A DNA stretch of 64,000 nt from Rhodothermales bacterium (lineage in GTDB: Bacteria > Bacteroidota > Rhodothermia > Rhodothermales > Bin80). Below are positions 58,717 to 64,000 of this stretch, piece by piece. Location: NCBI GenBank assembly GCA_965220365.1, contig OZ244823.1:2236413-2300412 (forward strand). Reading direction: 5' to 3'. Position numbers and translations under genes: made by a program. A model generated the notes under the pieces. The model had not been told where the DNA came from and did no database searches. It saw nothing but the letters and a program-made list of their open reading frames with translations. Position 1 is the stretch's first letter. Each line of letters starts with the position of its first letter.

Positions 58717-59958
58717 ATGATTCATAACTCCCTCTCTGGTGTGGGAATTTGCCTCGAAACCAGTTGGCAAACGCTTGGGGTTATCTTGGAATACATCGAA
58801 AAAGATGTGCCAGTATGCATGTTAAGCATTTACTGGCCAAGCTCTACAGTCGATCAGGCACTGGCCTCAATAGGGATTGAGTACGTCATCACTAGAAGAA
58901 AAGATCTAACGGCCAAACGAATCGATCCTATCTCCACATATTCCAGTCGTCTCGATTTTGAAAAGATTCGTGGGAATCCTGGAAGTATTGCCACAATCAT
59001 GCATACGTCTGGTAGTTCTGCCGAGCCTAAAGCTGTGGTGCATACGCTGGACAATCACATTGTCAGTGCCGAGAACGCCTGTTCGAAACTGAATTTGGGG
59101 AGTGATGATCGGTGGCTGCTCAGTCTCCCTCTGTGGCATGTATCTGGCATGAGCATCGTTTTCCGATGCTTAATGTCGGGGGCAGAAATCGTAATTCCCG
59201 ACCCGGAAATGCCGCTTATGGAAGCACTATCCATTCATAAAATTACTCACGTATCCATGGTTGCAGCCCAGCTCATGCAGGTCGTAGATCAGCCGCCCCC
59301 TGCAAGTCTGCGTGCCGCCATAGTAGGAGGCGGCCCTACACCTCATCATATTCTGGATCAGGGCATAGAAGTGGGCTGGCCGATTCGGACAACATATGGT
59401 ATGACCGAAACCAGCTCAATGGTAACCCTCAGTAGCAAGAAATTCCCCTACGGCTCCTCAGGGCAAATACTTCAAGGAAACGAGCTTAAGATTGCCGAAG
59501 ATGGCGAAATCCTGGTCCGTAGCCCGGCGGTGTGCTTGGGATACCTACATGGAGATAGGGTGCAAAGTGTGGTGGATAATGATGGCTGGCTCCATACCGG
59601 TGATCTGGGAAAACTGGACCCGACGGGGCAGCTGTATGTTTTGGGGCGCAAGGATAATATGTTTATTTCAGGAGGCGAAAATATCAGCCCCGAAGAAATC
59701 GAACAGGTCGTGCACACTTTCCCTGAAGTCCAGGAATCCATCGTGGTACCGGTGCCTGATTCCAGATTTGGTCAACGCCCCGTAGCCTTTATTCGTGGAT
59801 GTTCAGACTTTGACGGTCTAACGCATTTTCTTGCCCAACACCTTCCAAAATTCAAAATCCCGACCTTTTATTCCTGGCCAACAGAGATGCCTTCAACCTC
59901 TCTCAAGCATAATCGAAAATCGTTGACTAACTTGGCGATTCAGCTTCAGCATATATAA
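58717..59958 (+). CDS. menE: o-succinylbenzoate--CoA ligase
   Basis: TSGSSAEPKAV, WLLSLPLWHVSG, TYGMTETSS, TGDLG, GRKDNMFISGGENI.PEEIE, FGQRPVA. Confidence 0.9.
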   Translation: MIHNSLSGVGICLETSWQTLGVILEYIEKDVPVCMLSIYWPSSTVDQALASIGIEYVITRRKDLTAKRIDPISTYSSRLDFEKIRGNPGSIATIMHTSGSSAEPKAVVHTLDNHIVSAENACSKLNLGSDDRWLLSLPLWHVSGMSIVFRCLMSGAEIVIPDPEMPLMEALSIHKITHVSMVAAQLMQVVDQPPPASLRAAIVGGGPTPHHILDQGIEVGWPIRTTYGMTETSSMVTLSSKKFPYGSSGQILQGNELKIAEDGEILVRSPAVCLGYLHGDRVQSVVDNDGWLHTGDLGKLDPTGQLYVLGRKDNMFISGGENISPEEIEQVVHTFPEVQESIVVPVPDSRFGQRPVAFIRGCSDFDGLTHFLAQHLPKFKIPTFYSWPTEMPSTSLKHNRKSLTNLAIQLQHI

Positions 59959-60103
59959 GTTTCTATAGCAGGTTGATGATTATTTTGAGGTATATCATCG
60001 GGTTTACCATTTCTTGTGTGTTATGAAACATCAGATAGGTAATGATCAGCTTTTTCAGACTCCGGGAAAGGCCGGGGATAAGGCGCGTACTCTTTCCCGC
60101 CAT

Positions 60104-62095
60104 GTGATCCGGCGATTCGCTGATTGCCTGCTTCTATGTACTCTACTAGCGGCTGCACGGGTTGATGCTCAAGACCGCGAAGTACGTATGCAGAGGATTC
60201 TTTTGGAGCGTATTCAGGAGCGTGCGGCGAATTCCAAACGGGCCGATATCGTCAGTGCCCAGGCGGTTGCATCCGAAGCGGATTCGTTGGTATTGGTGAG
60301 TCTTTACAATTTTTCTGGGGGCGCGTCTTGGTTTGATAATTCTGGATGGCTCCAGGAGCCAGTTTCCGAATGGTATGGAGTGGCTCTGAATGACAGTGGA
60401 CGAGTTACCTCAGTTGACCTCAATGGTAATGGATTGGCAGGATTCATCCCGATTGGAATCGGAACAATGGAGAAACTGGAAATCCTGGACCTCTCAGACA
60501 ACCGACTCACTTTTTCAATCCCCGCATCACTCTCTAACCTGAGTTTGCTCAGGGAATTAATTCTTTGGGGCAATCAACTCGACGGGCTTATTCCCCCTGA
60601 ACTGGGCCAAATGCCAGCCCTGGAAAGACTGTCCCTCTTCCTGAATCGGTTAAGTGGACCGATTCCCCCAGAATTGGGGTCCATCAAGACTTTGAAACGG
60701 TTATACCTTGACTTTAATGGCTTGGAAGGTACGATCCCCGTTGAATTAGCGGATATTGAAGGGCTCATTGAATTGTTTGTCGATGGAAATAGCCTAACGG
60801 GAACTCTTCCACTTGAACTAACACAATTACGATTTCTTGTCTCGCTTTTTGCTGGCTTTAATGATTTGACGGGACCGGTTCCAGCAGAACTGGCAAGGAT
60901 GCCCGCACTGCAGAATTTGTCACTGGAGGGCAACCAGCACACGGACGTAATCCCCTCCGAGCTGACAACGGCAAGGGATTTGACAAAATTGCACTTAGCT
61001 CATAATCGCCTCAGTGGATCCATCCCCGAAGGGTTTGGAGAATTACCTTTTCTCACTATTCTGGATTTAGAGGGAAATCAGTTGACCGGCAACCTGCCGC
61101 CAGACTTAGGAAACAGCCCAAATATGCGAATCCTGAATCTCTCGGGTAATCAGCTCACAGGTCAGGTGAATTCGTTGCCAGTCACACTAGATGAACTTCA
61201 TTTGCGCCAGAATCAACTGACCGGAGATTTCCCCTCAATCATCGGGCCGCTCACGTCGCTACGTAAAATCGATCTTAGAGAAAATGCTTTCTCGGGGATG
61301 CTTGAAGTTGTCTACGGTCATCAGAGACTGGTTGATATTCGCTTAAGCAACAACCAGTTCACCGGTGGGTTTTCGCCTCCGCGCAGGACGATCTATTACC
61401 TGGAATATCTGGATCTTGCCAATAATGATCTCCATCAGATTGGTGCGCTTACCGAGTGGGCATTTCTGGATACGATCGATGTATCCGGGAATCAGCTCAA
61501 CTTTACAGGCTTGCTGTCGAATGTTGGGTTGATTAATCGTGACTCATTTACGTATGCACCGCAGGACTCTCTGACTACATGGGTACAGAGAACTGATACA
61601 GAGGTTATTTTCAGCGTGGCTGATTCGGCAGACGGGAATGTATATCAATGGTATCGGGATGGGAATGCTTTGGATGGGGCAAATTCTGCATCCGTACGTA
61701 TTGATGCCAATGAACCGGTCGCTGAGTATTACTGCGAGGTGACGAACGATATGCTACCAGACCTGACGCTCACCAGTACGGTTAAATCAACGGACGCCAC
61801 GCCCACGCATACCGATCCCCTGCCAGAGAAAATCGAAGCCGTTACCGTTGGCCAGAATTTCCCCAACCCCTTTCAGAGAGGGACTGCAATCCCAATTTCA
61901 CTGACGGAGCCTGGCCTAGTTCAAATCACCATCTACGATATTGCCGGTCGCAAAGCTCAGACGTTAAGAGAGGCAATGAGTGCTGGCGAACATATGATAT
62001 GGATCACAGCTGCTGGGTTGGCTTCGGGAAGCTACGGCTATGTGGTTCACGCTGGGGAGCATCATGTTACAGGTTCGATGGTGCTTATTAAGTAG
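60104..62095 (+). CDS. Secreted leucine-rich-repeat protein with Ig-like domain and T9SS-type C-terminal sorting domain
   Basis: LRR N-cap (DSLVLVSLYN..G..W....GW....EWYGV), about 16 mostly 24-aa LRRs, YQWYRDG..YYCEVTN, and QNFPNPF..IYDIAGR. Start set at GTG 60104 for the signal peptide (ORF track 60014). Confidence 0.88.
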   Translation: MIRRFADCLLLCTLLAAARVDAQDREVRMQRILLERIQERAANSKRADIVSAQAVASEADSLVLVSLYNFSGGASWFDNSGWLQEPVSEWYGVALNDSGRVTSVDLNGNGLAGFIPIGIGTMEKLEILDLSDNRLTFSIPASLSNLSLLRELILWGNQLDGLIPPELGQMPALERLSLFLNRLSGPIPPELGSIKTLKRLYLDFNGLEGTIPVELADIEGLIELFVDGNSLTGTLPLELTQLRFLVSLFAGFNDLTGPVPAELARMPALQNLSLEGNQHTDVIPSELTTARDLTKLHLAHNRLSGSIPEGFGELPFLTILDLEGNQLTGNLPPDLGNSPNMRILNLSGNQLTGQVNSLPVTLDELHLRQNQLTGDFPSIIGPLTSLRKIDLRENAFSGMLEVVYGHQRLVDIRLSNNQFTGGFSPPRRTIYYLEYLDLANNDLHQIGALTEWAFLDTIDVSGNQLNFTGLLSNVGLINRDSFTYAPQDSLTTWVQRTDTEVIFSVADSADGNVYQWYRDGNALDGANSASVRIDANEPVAEYYCEVTNDMLPDLTLTSTVKSTDATPTHTDPLPEKIEAVTVGQNFPNPFQRGTAIPISLTEPGLVQITIYDIAGRKAQTLREAMSAGEHMIWITAAGLASGSYGYVVHAGEHHVTGSMVLIK

Positions 62096-62148
62096 ATCGG
62101 ATCAATTTCCAGTCTGCCTCATAATTTGTATTGATTCCAGATTGATCC

Positions 62149-63765
62149 ATGTTCTCAAGACGATCATTCTTGCAACTTTCCAGCGGGGGACTATTGGCGT
62201 GGTCCCAATTTCATCGTGAATGGGAAGCAGATATAGCGATCATAGGAGGGGGAACGGGAGGATGTGCTGCAGCACTGGCGGCGCTGAGAATGAACCAAAA
62301 GGTGATTCTTACCGAAGAGACCGAATGGATTGGAGGGCAGTTCACGCAGCAGGGGGTCCCGCCGGATGAACATCGGTGGATTGAAGCCCATGGGGCAACC
62401 GCCAGCTATCTGGCATTCCGAAACGAAATCCGTAGTTACTACCGAAGGCTTTATCCGCTCATCAACCCTGAGGCCGAGCTTCTGAACCCGGGCACCTGTG
62501 GAGTCTCACGACTCTGTCATGAACCTCGGGCCGCCCTTGCAGTCCTCAATGACTGGTTCGCCCCCTACCTTAGCAGCGGACAACTCCAGATATTACTGAA
62601 TACCCAGCCTATTTCTGCTGAGGTCCATGGCGACAAAATTCAGGCGGTCCATGTATCTCCCATGCAGGGTGTAATTCGGGCAAAGTACTTTATTGATGCG
62701 ACCGAGGATGGGCTGCTTCTTGATCTTTCACAGACAGAATATGTGATGGGCGCAGAGTCAGACACTGGTGAGTTGCATGCATCCACACGTCCCGGCTCCC
62801 ACAATATGCAGGCCCCTACATGGTGCTTTGCAATGGATTATCGTCCGGATGAAGATCATACAATTGAGCGGCCCGAGTCGTACGAATACTGGCGCGACTA
62901 TGTCCCTCCAGTTGGACCTCCATGGCCTGGAAAGCTTTTGAGTTTGACGTACAGCCATCCCATTACCCTGGAGCCAAGGACTGCATCATTTGACCCAAGG
63001 CCTGGAGCGGTCACCGAAAACTTTAATCTATGGGTCTACCGCAGGCTGATAGATCCAGAGTTATTTGTATCAGGAACATATTCCGGGGGGATTTCCCTGG
63101 TGAACTGGCCTCAGAACGATTATATCAACGGCAATCTCTTTGGTACCCCTGACAGTAACCTCCATCGGCAGGCTGCTCGTGACCTGAGTTTGTCACTCTT
63201 TTACTGGCTTCAAACCGAAGTTCCACGAGAAGATGGTGGCCAAGGCTGGCCCGGACTCAGATTACGTGGCGATGTGATGGGAACGCCGGACGGACTCGCA
63301 AAAGCACCCTATTTACGGGAATCCAGGCGGATTCAGTCTGAGTTTACCGTCACCGAGTATCATGTGGGAGAAGAAGCTAGGGAAGGCACGAATCGGGCCG
63401 AACATTTTAATGACTCAATCGGAGTTGGAAGCTATCGCATAGATTTGCATCCATCTACCGGAGGGGACAATTATATTGACGTTGCCTCACTGCCTTTCGA
63501 AATCCCTCTAGGCGCATTGATCCCGATCCGGATGGAGAATTTGTTGCCCGCTGCAAAAAATATTGGAGTTACGCATATAACCGGTGGATGCTATCGGCTA
63601 CACCCGGTCGAATGGAATATCGGTGAATCGGCTGGCGCACTCGCTGCCTGGTGTATTGCTAAATCAACAACACCAAGAGGAGTGCGTGCAAATCATTTGA
63701 GCGAGTTCCAGAGTTTATTAACGGAGCAGGGAGTGCAGTTGCGATGGCCCGAATCAATCTACTAG
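62149..63765 (+). CDS. Tat-exported FAD-dependent oxidoreductase (FAD_oxidored family)
   Basis: Twin-arginine SRRSFL; IIGGGTGG..AA; FIDATEDG; PYLRESRRI; YRLHPVEWNIGE. Confidence 0.88.
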   Translation: MFSRRSFLQLSSGGLLAWSQFHREWEADIAIIGGGTGGCAAALAALRMNQKVILTEETEWIGGQFTQQGVPPDEHRWIEAHGATASYLAFRNEIRSYYRRLYPLINPEAELLNPGTCGVSRLCHEPRAALAVLNDWFAPYLSSGQLQILLNTQPISAEVHGDKIQAVHVSPMQGVIRAKYFIDATEDGLLLDLSQTEYVMGAESDTGELHASTRPGSHNMQAPTWCFAMDYRPDEDHTIERPESYEYWRDYVPPVGPPWPGKLLSLTYSHPITLEPRTASFDPRPGAVTENFNLWVYRRLIDPELFVSGTYSGGISLVNWPQNDYINGNLFGTPDSNLHRQAARDLSLSLFYWLQTEVPREDGGQGWPGLRLRGDVMGTPDGLAKAPYLRESRRIQSEFTVTEYHVGEEAREGTNRAEHFNDSIGVGSYRIDLHPSTGGDNYIDVASLPFEIPLGALIPIRMENLLPAAKNIGVTHITGGCYRLHPVEWNIGESAGALAAWCIAKSTTPRGVRANHLSEFQSLLTEQGVQLRWPESIY

Positions 63766-63768
63766 TGA

Positions 63769-64000
63769 ATGAGACGCCCGCGTACCCGCTACATACGATT
63801 ACCTAAGCGTCAGCGACGATTGGTCGCTGTGCTGTTGGGAGGGTTTGCCGTACTGCTGGTCAACAGCCTGTTCCTATACCTGGTAGAGGGATCAACGGCG
63901 CTACTCTACATGAGCAATGTGCTTCTGCACATTGGGCTAGGGACATTGTTCGTCCTTCCTGCAGCAATCTTCCTGACCCTGCATCTGTCAAAGATGCCGC
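63769..64000 (+). CDS. Membrane protein, N-terminal part (3'-truncated by window edge)
   Basis: ATG 3 nt after the previous stop; open to the window end; two hydrophobic helices (..YMSNVLLHIGLGTLFVLPAAIFLTLH..). Confidence 0.65.
   Translation, partial: MRRPRTRYIRLPKRQRRLVAVLLGGFAVLLVNSLFLYLVEGSTALLYMSNVLLHIGLGTLFVLPAAIFLTLHLSKMP

Overview
A gene-dense bacterial chromosomal segment. Gene content (DUF4175, DUF4249 plus TonB receptor, tandem Skp genes, YfhO, a protein with a T9SS-type C-terminal sorting domain, a TAnnTTTG-type promoter motif) points to the Bacteroidota/Rhodothermota lineage; this is inference, not a database result. Most of it is housekeeping: etfB/etfA, glgC, pyrF, serS, dxr-rseP-bamA-skp-skp-panB-surE, gatC, a YfhO/GT4/wecB glycan cluster and menaquinone genes (menF, D, B, A, C, E). 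Two accessory, defence-like insertions stand out. (1) An intact two-gene ABC-type ATPase plus TOPRIM-like (DUF3226-type) module at 34765-36532. (2) A GmrSD-type (DUF262-DUF1524-DUF5655-like) gene between the divergent menC and menE, broken by an IS1634-family element (53061-55401), a 1-nt frameshift and an ISL3-family element (56850-58131). Removing both elements and restoring one A rebuilds a continuous 699-aa ORF. Secreted eukaryotic-like repeat proteins (Sel1, plant-type LRR) are also present. I saw no tRNA, rRNA or CRISPR array. Family names come from motif recognition by eye and were not confirmed by searches.
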